DNA from: Minisyncoccota bacterium
GTDB taxonomy: Bacteria > Patescibacteriota > Minisyncoccia > Minisyncoccales > JAGOPM01
Direction: 5' to 3'
DNA length: 64,000 nt
Assembly: GCA_041651395.1 (NCBI GenBank)
Contig: JBAZJI010000001.1
Coordinates: forward strand, 699,920-763,919
In this document: positions 18,235 to 25,998 of the stretch, piece by piece
Layout of the letters: each line of letters begins with the position of its first letter
Numbering within the stretch: position 1 is the stretch's first letter
Made by a program: the position numbers and the translations under genes
Notes under the pieces: generated by a model
Databases searched by the model: none
What the model was told of the DNA's origin: nothing
What the model saw: only the letters and a program-made list of their open reading frames with translations

Positions 18235-19158
18235 ATGGAATTCAGGGTTACCAAACATATCGAAAAACTGGCCCAAAAAAGCCAAGGAATAAAAAACCAA
18301 TTTTACCCATCCAAATATGAGGAGAGGCTGGCTTTGGGAAAAGAAGATCCTTTCATGGAGGATTCCAAATACCGCAAATCAAAAGGCCTAATACATAAGT
18401 ATCCCAGGCGGGCCCTTCTCTGCTTGACCTCGCAATGCGCGGCTTATTGCCGCTTTTGTACCCGGCGGCGCCATGCCAACATGGATGAATTTGACATGAA
18501 TGAGATTGATGTGGACCAAGCCTTGCGCGCCGTCAAAGCCAATGAAAAAATTAATGAAATAATTTTTTCGGGCGGGGACCCTTTCATGAAACCCGCTCTG
18601 CTTGATTATGCCATCAGTAAATTCTCCAAACTCAAACAGATAAAAATAATCCGCATCCACACCCGCCTGCCGGTTTCCGACCCTAGCCGCATAGACAAGA
18701 GCATCAGTGACACGCTTAACAAAATCAAAGAACAGTCACTTTATATCGTGGTGCACTTTGAACATCCGCACGAAATAAACCCAGAAACTGTCCAAGCCAT
18801 TCGTGAGCTGAAAAAAAGCGGCGCGATGATTTTGGCCCAATCGGTATTCTTAAAAGGCATCAATGACAATTACGAAATCCTTTACCAACTTTTTAACGGC
18901 TTAGCGGAAATCGGTGTTAAGCCTTATATGATTGGCCACTGCGACCTGGTGAGAGGCGCCGAACATTTTATCGTGCCGATTGAAAAAGAGATAAAAATAA
19001 TGACCCAGCTACGCAAAACCCTTTCGGGCATTGCCTTCCCTAAGCACGTCATTGATGTTCCGGGCGGCTGTGGCAAAGTGACTGTGCCACAAAATTTCTG
19101 GAAATTCGATGCTAAAGAATTCACGGACTTCAATAATAAAAAGATAAAAATGTACTAA
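18235..19158 (+). CDS. KamA-family radical SAM aminomutase (lysine 2,3-aminomutase / EpmB-like)
   Basis: CAAYCRFCTRR (CxxxCxxC), SGGDPF, QSVFLKGIND, HCDLVRGAEHF and DVPGGCGK (PLP-lysine position). 307 aa. Confidence 0.85.
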   Translation: MEFRVTKHIEKLAQKSQGIKNQFYPSKYEERLALGKEDPFMEDSKYRKSKGLIHKYPRRALLCLTSQCAAYCRFCTRRRHANMDEFDMNEIDVDQALRAVKANEKINEIIFSGGDPFMKPALLDYAISKFSKLKQIKIIRIHTRLPVSDPSRIDKSISDTLNKIKEQSLYIVVHFEHPHEINPETVQAIRELKKSGAMILAQSVFLKGINDNYEILYQLFNGLAEIGVKPYMIGHCDLVRGAEHFIVPIEKEIKIMTQLRKTLSGIAFPKHVIDVPGGCGKVTVPQNFWKFDAKEFTDFNNKKIKMY

Positions 19159-19163
19159 AAAAT

Positions 19164-19187
19164 TCCTGCCGCCGGGCAGGAGTTTTT
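19164..19187 (+). terminator. Intrinsic terminator after the KamA-family gene
   Basis: TCCTGCC-gccg-GGCAGGA followed by gttttt. Confidence 0.7.
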
Positions 19188-19190
19188 AAT

Positions 19191-19218
19191 TTGACTTTTA
19201 ATTTTTTTGTTCTATAGT
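19191..19218 (+). promoter_or_regulatory. Sigma70-type promoter for 19251-19856
   Basis: TTGACT-N16-TATAGT. Confidence 0.45.
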
Positions 19219-19250
19219 ATGAATAGAAATTTCAAAAATGGAGGATTGAA

Positions 19251-19856
19251 TTGAATATAAAAATATTCCCCTGCAAAAGGAGGAACCTGCCCAAAATCAG
19301 TAAACGTTGGCCCCAAATAATATGGCAGCTTTGGCGCGAGACGATAATCTATCTGCCCACCGGCATAAGTATTGCCTGGAAAAGAAACAAAATGAGGGCA
19401 ATTTTATCCCTTGCTACACTTCTTTGTGGGCTCACTTTCTTTTCCCTTAGCCTATTCCAAGATGGCATGATGAGATGGACTTGCGCTTATGTAGCTGGCT
19501 GTTGCGTGATGGCAAATAGCTTTATCATTTCCCGGCTCTGCTTTACATTATACTATTCCATTCTCGCTTGCTGGTCGCTAACAGTTGGAATCATCGGTAT
19601 TGCTATCAACATCGATATTGTTCTGGCCAAAGGAAATTTTTGGTACTTGCTCGCCATTCCCGGAATACTGATTGTTGTAATTCTCAATTCTGTTTTTTCC
19701 AGCTTCAAATTTTTAGAAGCGATAAGCATTGACCGATACCGACAATACGTCGCCCAAAAATACGACACCCCTGCCCGCAAACAAAGCTGGAAAGAATTCG
19801 AGGAAAAAATGCTCAAACAATATCTGATCGATATTGAAAATTCAAAAACCGCTTAA
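19251..19856 (+). CDS. Hypothetical 4-TM membrane protein
   Basis: TTG start 5 nt after GGAGGA. The alternative ATG at 19392 (MRAILSLATLL...) removes a non-hydrophobic leader. Has its own promoter and terminator. Confidence 0.5.
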   Translation: MNIKIFPCKRRNLPKISKRWPQIIWQLWRETIIYLPTGISIAWKRNKMRAILSLATLLCGLTFFSLSLFQDGMMRWTCAYVAGCCVMANSFIISRLCFTLYYSILACWSLTVGIIGIAINIDIVLAKGNFWYLLAIPGILIVVILNSVFSSFKFLEAISIDRYRQYVAQKYDTPARKQSWKEFEEKMLKQYLIDIENSKTA

Positions 19857-19873
19857 AAGGGCGGTTCTTTATT
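19845..19873 (+). terminator. Putative terminator after 19251-19856
   Basis: AACCGC-ttaaaagg-GCGGTT followed by ctttattt. Confidence 0.45.
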
Positions 19874-19934
19874 TGACTAATAACAGATAATGGCGTAAGC
19901 AGAAAACAGATATTTCAAAACAAAAGGAGGTCTG

Positions 19935-20150
19935 ATGGAAAGCGATATTAGATTCATGAAACGGGTAAAAATATTGTCTTTGGCATTGATGGCGCTGTCT
20001 TTATGGATGGAACATCCTTGGTGGCTCTGTATAACGATAATAATACTCGCACTCCTTGCCCCACTAGCTGCATATTTCGCCCAAAACTATACTATAAGCT
20101 TCATTTCTCTGGAAGATTACCGCAAAGGAGGTAAAAATGTTCGAGTGTAA
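19935..20150 (+). CDS. Small two-TM hairpin membrane protein
   Basis: 71 aa. AAAGGAGG SD 5 nt upstream. Hairpin VKILSLALMALSLWMEHPWWLCITIIILALLAPLAAYF. Confidence 0.55.
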   Translation: MESDIRFMKRVKILSLALMALSLWMEHPWWLCITIIILALLAPLAAYFAQNYTISFISLEDYRKGGKNVRV

Positions 20151-20361
20151 ACATTATGAATTACTGGCCCAAGGCAATAATCCCGGCCGAGAATTCCCCC
20201 CTTTCCAAGGAGTAGAAACCGATTGCCGCGCCTATTGGTGCACCCTTAAAATTGTTTTGGCCCTTTGCCCGATTTTGGGAATTTTGATCTTTGCTTTTTG
20301 GGAAGCGCTTTGGCTTGGCTTTTCTATCTTAATCGTTATCATCCTTTTCAATCTTAAATAG
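20137..20361 (+). CDS. Small two-TM hairpin membrane protein (translationally coupled to 19935-20150)
   Basis: 74 aa. AAAGGAGG SD lies inside the upstream ORF, with a 14-nt overlap. Hairpin LKIVLALCPILGILIFAFWEALWLGFSILIVIILF. Confidence 0.55.
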   Translation: MFECKHYELLAQGNNPGREFPPFQGVETDCRAYWCTLKIVLALCPILGILIFAFWEALWLGFSILIVIILFNLK

Positions 20362-20363
20362 CC

Positions 20364-20384
20364 AAGCGCCCTAGGCGCTTTTTA
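20364..20384 (+). terminator. Intrinsic terminator after the bicistronic small-protein unit
   Basis: AGCGCC-cta-GGCGCT followed by tttt. Confidence 0.6.
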
Positions 20385-20410
20385 CTTACCAAATCGGCCC
20401 TTTTCGTATC

Positions 20411-20439
20411 TTGATTTTTATTGATTTATATGGTATAAT
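20411..20439 (+). promoter_or_regulatory. Sigma70-type promoter for the third small membrane protein
   Basis: TTGATT-N17-TATAAT with TGG directly upstream (extended -10). Confidence 0.5.
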
Positions 20440-20518
20440 TAACAATAGTCTTAACAATAGAATATCGGAAGATTTTTACCGATTTAACCAAAAGACAAAA
20501 AGCCAACAAGGAGGAAAA

Positions 20519-20731
20519 GTGGGAAAAAATATCCATCAAGAAAAAACAAAAGACCGGTTTGTTTATAACGCATTTCTAGTGGCAATCTTTGCCACCTGCC
20601 TGATTTTTTTCGACATTTGGAAAGCTCTCGTTGCATCTCTGACCCTAATCTTTTGCCTCCATGAGGCCGGATTACATGTATATTGCTGGAAAACAGATTG
20701 CGGCCCGCAAGCCGAATTGAAAACGGCCTAG
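20519..20731 (+). CDS. Small two-TM hairpin membrane protein
   Basis: Start moved to GTG 20519, 5 nt after AAGGAGG. The ORF-track start at 20411 is the -35 box of the gene's own promoter. Hairpin FLVAIFATCLIFFDIWKALVASLTLIFCL. Confidence 0.5.
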   Translation: MGKNIHQEKTKDRFVYNAFLVAIFATCLIFFDIWKALVASLTLIFCLHEAGLHVYCWKTDCGPQAELKTA

Positions 20732-20755
20732 AGCCGCGGAAAGGAGAAACCGCCA

Positions 20756-21928
20756 ATGGTGGAGAGAAATCTGATTGAGGTTATTAAGAGCATGCTGACC
20801 GTAACTTTGCAACTGCCCGGATGGGAGAAGAAAAGAATTCTCATTTATTTTCCCGGAGGATCACTACGCGGCATTCACACTACAGCCATGGCGACAGCCT
20901 TGGCGACGTTGAACCTTTTGAGCAATACTTTCTACTTCTTGGGCAATTCTGTAGGCGCGATTATCGCAACCTATGCAACCGAAGGTGTTCAAGGCCTTCA
21001 AAGAGGAGCGAGACTTTTCTTTGATGAGGCTCTAAGCAAAAAACAAACCAAGCTTTGGAGATTCTGGCGTGTCATGGATGTTAAACAGACCATCAATGCC
21101 ATGATAAATCGGGCCAGCAGCAAGTATGTGGGAAACAAAGCGTTTTCGGAAAAAAACAACCTTTATGTAACTGCCATGGACAAAAGCGGACTGCTTTACA
21201 TCATCAACCCAGCCAATGCCGACCCTTGCCCCAGCGAAGCGATTAGAGCTTCCATTTCCATGCAAGGAATTTGCGGGCAAATGGTGGAAGTCAATGGCAC
21301 AAAGCTTTTCGATGCCGGCGGCGTTTCCGCCCTACCCTTAGAGGAAATGATCCTGCAATTTCAGCCCACTGATGTGCTGATACTTTCAAACAGACCAAGT
21401 AAACGAGCAACTGCCGGGCGCAAAACGCCTTGGTGGTTGAAGCTTTACGGTTTAATTCTGACCTTTTTGAAACATGGCTTTACGCCAGTCACCAAAAAAT
21501 TGGCCAAATCCAATGATGGTTGGAAGGAAGGATTGGAATATGCGCGGAAGATAAAAGAATCCGGCCACCCCAACAAGGTAAATATTGCCATTCTCAATCC
21601 GGCAGACATCAATATCCCAGCCATTCTCCCCGATACTCAAAAGAGTAAGGATTTGCTTGAAGGGGCTTTCCAGGCCACTTTCAACGCCACGGAAACTTTA
21701 ATCTCCTTTGCCCTTAAAATGGCCAAAGAAGAAATGTTGGCTGAAATATTTTTAACCGAAGACCAAACAATCGAAAGGAGCGTAACGGCACCAAAGCAAC
21801 CCGAAGAAGAGCCAAGCAAAAAAAAGTATGATATTGAAGAAGAAGTCTCTGGCGAGGATTTCTGGGGACTCCAATTCCAAAGACTGACACTCGACCCTGC
21901 TGTTCCGATAGACCATGACTGCACTTAA
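20756..21928 (+). CDS. Patatin-like phospholipase
   Basis: Oxyanion-hole FPGGSLRGIH, nucleophile elbow GNSVG (GxSxG), and catalytic Asp motif FDAGG. 390 aa with an acidic C-terminal tail. Confidence 0.8.
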   Translation: MVERNLIEVIKSMLTVTLQLPGWEKKRILIYFPGGSLRGIHTTAMATALATLNLLSNTFYFLGNSVGAIIATYATEGVQGLQRGARLFFDEALSKKQTKLWRFWRVMDVKQTINAMINRASSKYVGNKAFSEKNNLYVTAMDKSGLLYIINPANADPCPSEAIRASISMQGICGQMVEVNGTKLFDAGGVSALPLEEMILQFQPTDVLILSNRPSKRATAGRKTPWWLKLYGLILTFLKHGFTPVTKKLAKSNDGWKEGLEYARKIKESGHPNKVNIAILNPADINIPAILPDTQKSKDLLEGAFQATFNATETLISFALKMAKEEMLAEIFLTEDQTIERSVTAPKQPEEEPSKKKYDIEEEVSGEDFWGLQFQRLTLDPAVPIDHDCT

Positions 21929-21931
21929 AAA

Positions 21932-21975
21932 AGCCCGCGAGGGCTCGGCCGGAGGAAACTCCGGCCTTTCGTTTT
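21932..21975 (+). terminator. Tandem-hairpin terminator after the patatin gene
   Basis: AGCCC-gcga-GGGCT, then GGCCGGAG-gaaa-CTCCGGCC followed by tttcgtttt. Confidence 0.7.
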
Positions 21976-22043
21976 GAAAAAAATCCAAATGACGAAGCCT
22001 AAATTGTTCCAAGCCAAACCAAAAATCCAAAAAAGACTTCAAG

Positions 22044-22095
22044 ATTTGAAATTTGCTTTATTAATTTGGTATTTGAAATTTGGGCTTTGACATTG
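22044..22095 (+). repeat. AT-rich TTTGAAAT intergenic repeat, copy 1
   Basis: Two direct ATTTGAAATTTG units 27 nt apart, ending in gggcTTTGACAttg. 43 of 52 positions match the reverse complement of 25999-26050 (hand alignment). Confidence 0.7.
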
Positions 22096-22144
22096 CCAAT
22101 TTTTGGTTGACCAAAAGAGCCTTTAATGCTATTGTCAAAACACA

Positions 22145-22477
22145 ATGCTTCTGGGATTGCTCATACATTCCATTGCAGGTTCAGCGGGGCTTTGGATTGC
22201 TAGCCGCCTTTTAGGCGAAAAGCTTTTCTACTTGCAACAGGGAGGTTGGGCTGTTTTTATCTTTGCCGGGCTCCTCTGGGGCGTATGCGCCACCCTTTGT
22301 AAGCCCTTGCGGATGATATTTACCGGCCTGATTTACCTAGCCATAAGCATTTTTATCGTTGAAATAATTGATATTATATTTGTAGAAATTAATTTAATAG
22401 GTATTGCCGGGCTCCTCTGGACAACCTTGATAGTATTTGTCTGCGACGCCCTCGCGACCTTAATATTCAAAGTATGA
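22145..22477 (+). CDS. DUF360/YvlD-type small membrane protein (phage-holin-4 superfamily)
   Basis: 110 aa, 3-4 TM. Central CKPLRMIFTGLIYL resembles the conserved RPxLxxLTLP region of this family. Confidence 0.5.
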   Translation: MLLGLLIHSIAGSAGLWIASRLLGEKLFYLQQGGWAVFIFAGLLWGVCATLCKPLRMIFTGLIYLAISIFIVEIIDIIFVEINLIGIAGLLWTTLIVFVCDALATLIFKV

Positions 22478-22695
22478 TTACAGATTACATCACAATAGGC
22501 CAAACGGTTTCCGCTATTATCACCATTATTTGCATCTTGCTCCAGCAAAGGGGCATGGCCATCGGCGCGGCATTTGGCGGAGCTTCTGAACATTATTCCA
22601 CCCAGCGCGGAATGCAAAAAAACCTTTTTTATGCCTCGATAGTTTTTGGCATTATTTTCATCGCGCTGTCTTTGGCTCGCTTGGCCATCAAGTAA
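22474..22695 (+). CDS. secG: Preprotein translocase subunit SecG
   Basis: 73 aa, two TM, with ILLQQRGMAIGAAFGG between them. ATGA overlap with the upstream gene. Confidence 0.8.
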   Translation: MITDYITIGQTVSAIITIICILLQQRGMAIGAAFGGASEHYSTQRGMQKNLFYASIVFGIIFIALSLARLAIK

Positions 22696-22719
22696 ACCGG
22701 CAAAGTTTAATTTTTTTCA

Positions 22720-24714
22720 ATGGCTAAAATACCTTCTTTTAAGCAGTGGCTTAAATTGCCAAGCGTGCTCAACAGGCGCGAAGCTATTACCATGCTTGCT
22801 TTGGCGATAATCTGTATCGCCTCTTTTGGTGCCTTTATTTACTGGTTCCAACAAAAAAATACTGTCGAGGTCCCGGCTTTTGGGGGCACACATATCGAAG
22901 GAATGGTAGGCGGGCCCAGCGCCATTAACCCGATATACTCTTCCAACTCCGATACAGACCGGACCTTGGTAGAATTTGTTTTCTCCGGGCTTTACAAATA
23001 CGATCGCGGCGGAACAGTTTCCCCTGACATTGCCGATTCCATGCCAGAAATTAAGGAGAATGGCACGGTTTACGAAATCGTGCTCAAAGACAATGTTTAT
23101 TGGCATGACGGCAAGCATTTAACCGCCGACGACGTCATATTCACGGTCAAAGCCATGCAAGACCCCGAATACAAAAGCTCGCTACGCGCTAACTGGCTAG
23201 GCGTGAGTATTGAAAAAATCAGCGACTATGGCATACGCTTCAGGCTCAAAAATGCCTATCCGGATTTTCCCGAGCGCCTCACTTTCAAAGTAATTCCCCA
23301 GCATATCTGGGCTAGCATCACTGCCGCCCAGTTCCCCCTCTCTCCTTACAATTTTAAGCCCATTGGCACCGGCCCCTTCCAGCTTAAAAGCGTCAACGAC
23401 AGTATCAAATACGATTCGCGCGGGCGCGTTTCCAGCATTAAACTTACAGCCTTCAATAAATACCACGGCCAAAAACCTTTTATCAAAAATCTCATTTTCA
23501 AATTTTTCGAGAATGATAAGCAGGTTATCCAAGCGGCCAATTCCCAACAGATAACCGGGTTTGTAAACCGCAATAACACACCATTTTCTAATAATTCTTT
23601 TGCCACTTATCATTTTTCCATGCCCCGCTATTTCGCCATATTTTTTAATACCAAAGGCGAAAATAAAGATTTGCAATCCAAAGACCTTCGGCAAGCCCTC
23701 AGCTATGCCACTGATAAAGCGCAAATAATAAACGAAGCACTCAGTGGCCAAGCCGCTCCGGTTGACTCCCCGCTTTTGCCCGAGGTTTATGGCCTTGCTC
23801 CGGCCCAAATAAAATACGATTTTAATTTGGAACAAGCCCAAAAGCTCATCAGCAAGCTTGGCTATATCCAAAAGGACGGTAAGTGGTATAAACCGGAAAA
23901 AAATGACAGCTACAAATTTACCCAAACGCTCAAGCAAGGCTCCATGGGTGAAGAAGTCAAACGTCTGCAAAAATGCTTAACCTCGCTTAATACAACCAGC
24001 GAAAAAATCTATCCCGAAGAAAAAATCTCAGGTATTTTTGACACGGCTACTAAGAATGCCGTAAACAGGTTACAGGAAAAATACCGCAGCGAGCTCTTGG
24101 ACCCCGATGGTATTAAAACTCCCACTGGCGCAGTCAAAGCGCGTACCCGCGCCAAATTGACAGAACTTTGTGCCCCGGCGCCCCAAGCACCCCAACCGCT
24201 CAAGATTGCTCTGGCCACTATCGAGGATGAAAGTCTCAAAAAAGTTGCCTATAAAATCCAGGAACAATGGCAAAAAGCCGGCGTAGAAGTGGAGGTTATT
24301 ATTTATTCCCTTACCGATCTGCGTCAGACCATTTTGGTTAATCGCAGCTATGACGCCCTGCTTTTTGGTGAAGTTCTCGGCTCTATACCCGACCCGTTTC
24401 CCTTCTGGCATTCCACCCAAGCCGAAGACCCGGGCTTAAATCTTTCTGTTTACAAAAATGATGATGTCGACCGCCTCCTGGAAAAAGCGCGCCAAGATAC
24501 TGACATGGCCAGCCGCAATGCTAAATACGAAGAGTTACAAAACCTCATTATCTCTGACGCCCCGGCGGTATTCCTTTATAATCCCTACAACACCTATATC
24601 GCCTCCAAAGACCTCAAAGGCATCCAAGAAGGCAATATTGTAGATATTCCCAAAATTTATAGCGGCTTTAATGCTTGGCATATCAATACAGGCCGGGCTT
24701 GGAAAACCAAGTAA
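22720..24714 (+). CDS. Family-5 (peptide/nickel type) ABC substrate-binding protein with an inserted peptidoglycan-binding domain; N-terminal TM anchor
   Basis: SBP_bac_5-like blocks (VLKDNVYWHDGKHLTADDVIFT, PIGTGPFQL, AVFLYNP). Inserted LKQGSMGEEVKRLQKCL...GIFDTATKNAVNRLQEKY fits PG_binding_1. Confidence 0.8.
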   Translation: MAKIPSFKQWLKLPSVLNRREAITMLALAIICIASFGAFIYWFQQKNTVEVPAFGGTHIEGMVGGPSAINPIYSSNSDTDRTLVEFVFSGLYKYDRGGTVSPDIADSMPEIKENGTVYEIVLKDNVYWHDGKHLTADDVIFTVKAMQDPEYKSSLRANWLGVSIEKISDYGIRFRLKNAYPDFPERLTFKVIPQHIWASITAAQFPLSPYNFKPIGTGPFQLKSVNDSIKYDSRGRVSSIKLTAFNKYHGQKPFIKNLIFKFFENDKQVIQAANSQQITGFVNRNNTPFSNNSFATYHFSMPRYFAIFFNTKGENKDLQSKDLRQALSYATDKAQIINEALSGQAAPVDSPLLPEVYGLAPAQIKYDFNLEQAQKLISKLGYIQKDGKWYKPEKNDSYKFTQTLKQGSMGEEVKRLQKCLTSLNTTSEKIYPEEKISGIFDTATKNAVNRLQEKYRSELLDPDGIKTPTGAVKARTRAKLTELCAPAPQAPQPLKIALATIEDESLKKVAYKIQEQWQKAGVEVEVIIYSLTDLRQTILVNRSYDALLFGEVLGSIPDPFPFWHSTQAEDPGLNLSVYKNDDVDRLLEKARQDTDMASRNAKYEELQNLIISDAPAVFLYNPYNTYIASKDLKGIQEGNIVDIPKIYSGFNAWHINTGRAWKTK

Positions 24715-24771
24715 ATTGACAAATTGCTTATTTCTGTTAAAAAATAAATATACCTTCAAAAAGGAGAAATT

Positions 24772-25638
24772 ATGGAACAAGGAAAAATTCCGCATTTGGA
24801 CCACTATGTCTTGGAAACGCTTAAAGCGCTTAAAGGCTGGTCTTATCCGCAAGTTGATTTGAAAAAGTCTGACCGCAATATTTTTATGGGCTCTGGCTCT
24901 GCCTATTGCACGGCCGAACTCTGGGCTAAAAAATTTGGCGGCATTGCCCTTCACGCCTCCGAGTATAAAGAGCATTTGGAAAATATTGAGGATAAAAACT
25001 TCGAAAGCGTCAATATTGTGAGCGCCTCCGGCGGCAAGGATTCCATTCCCATGGCGAAGTTTTGCAATGAAGTCTTAAACGTCAAGCCCAACCTGATTAC
25101 TTGCAACGCGGAAGCCCCGGCCAAAGAATACTGCGGCAAAGTCTTTGCCTTCCCTTCCTTCCAAGAGCCTCCCACATACAATACCAGCACCTATGGCTCC
25201 ATGATCTACTGGCTTTTTGGCGAGGACCCGCAGGCCATTTTTGATTTTGTTTCCAAGATGGAAGTCCCTAATTTGCGGGAATACCATTATGTCTTTTTTA
25301 TGGCTGATGATAAGCATTCCATCATTGCGGAAATGGCGGCTCGCAAAATCGCGGAGACCAACCAAGGCGTTGCTACCAATGCCGCTGGCTTTACGCATGG
25401 CGCACATGGCATGCTCCGCCAGCCAGACGACAAACGCTTGGTTGTGGCCATGAACTTGGACTATCCTTTTGCCAAAGAAAACACATGCACCATCATGCTT
25501 GATTCCTACCTGGGGTTGATGATGGCCACCTACTACATAATCGGCAAAAACCAAACAGACCAAGACACAGACAACATTGTCAAAGACTACGCGGAGGTAG
25601 CAGCTAAATTCGGCTGGAAATTCAACAAAATCAACTAA
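24772..25638 (+). CDS. Hypothetical protein, possibly SIS-fold sugar-phosphate isomerase-like
   Basis: IFMGSGSAY and IVSASGGKDS resemble the SIS GxGxS / SxSGxT motifs. AAAGGAGA SD. The assignment is weak. Confidence 0.35.
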   Translation: MEQGKIPHLDHYVLETLKALKGWSYPQVDLKKSDRNIFMGSGSAYCTAELWAKKFGGIALHASEYKEHLENIEDKNFESVNIVSASGGKDSIPMAKFCNEVLNVKPNLITCNAEAPAKEYCGKVFAFPSFQEPPTYNTSTYGSMIYWLFGEDPQAIFDFVSKMEVPNLREYHYVFFMADDKHSIIAEMAARKIAETNQGVATNAAGFTHGAHGMLRQPDDKRLVVAMNLDYPFAKENTCTIMLDSYLGLMMATYYIIGKNQTDQDTDNIVKDYAEVAAKFGWKFNKIN

Positions 25639-25662
25639 TTTACAGTTGATTTTTTTATCCCC

Positions 25663-25691
25663 TTGCAAATATTTGCATATTATGATATACT
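25663..25691 (+). promoter_or_regulatory. Sigma70-type promoter about 190 nt upstream of tRNA-Leu
   Basis: TTGCAA-N17-TATACT. Confidence 0.4.
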
Positions 25692-25887
25692 GCAATCACT
25701 GACCGATGTACTCGCCCTGTCAACGGCTAACAAGCCCGATCTTTTCTTTTGAAAACATCAGAATTAATAACTAAACTCGAATATCAAATCAAGCTCTAAA
25801 TCTTAATATCTAAAGATAAACTTCTTATGTGTTTATTTTTAGGATTTGGTTATTTGCTTCTTTGATTAGTCATTAGTCATTTGTACT

Positions 25888-25969
25888 GCTTTCGTGGCGG
25901 AACTGGCATACGCGTACGCTTCAGGAGCGTATTCCGCAAGGATTGTGGGTTCGAATCCCACCGAAAGCA
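25888..25969 (+). tRNA. tRNA-Leu (anticodon CAG), type II with long variable arm, no encoded CCA
   Basis: Hand-folded. Acceptor GCTTTCG/CGAAAGC. Anticodon stem TACGC/GCGTA with loop TTCAGGA. 13-nt variable arm. T-arm GTGGG-TTCGAAT-CCCAC. Discriminator A. Confidence 0.85.
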
Positions 25970-25998
25970 CATCAGCTTGCATAACCACGGTTATGCCG

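Noticed and set aside
19935-20361. The overlapping 71/74-aa gene pair as a toxin-antitoxin module.
   Set aside because: Both products are hydrophobic two-TM hairpins. Neither has a DNA-binding antitoxin-like or known toxin fold signature. It is kept only as a small-membrane-protein observation.
20411-20518. The TTG-initiated N-terminal 36 codons of the 106-aa ORF.
   Set aside because: The TTG is the -35 hexamer of a TTGATT-N17-TATAAT promoter. AAGGAGG followed by GTG at 20519 is the credible start.
20756-21928. The patatin-like phospholipase as a CBASS (CapV-type) defence effector.
   Set aside because: No cyclic-oligonucleotide synthase (CD-NTase), E1/E2/JAB or other CBASS signature gene lies within the flanking 10 kb.
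22145-22477. A holin-superfamily membrane protein as evidence of a prophage or lysis cassette.
   Set aside because: No endolysin, terminase, capsid, integrase or other phage genes are nearby. The gene overlaps secG by ATGA and looks like the housekeeping DUF360/YvlD type.
23197-23970. A 257-aa antisense ORF inside the substrate-binding protein gene. Similar long antisense ORFs occur at 25075-25695, 26166-26777, 33104-33754, 16227-16862, 11027-11611 and 24535-24975.
   Set aside because: All lie opposite genes with strong family signatures. None has recognisable motifs or ribosome-binding sites, and all have odd composition. They are treated as shadow ORFs.
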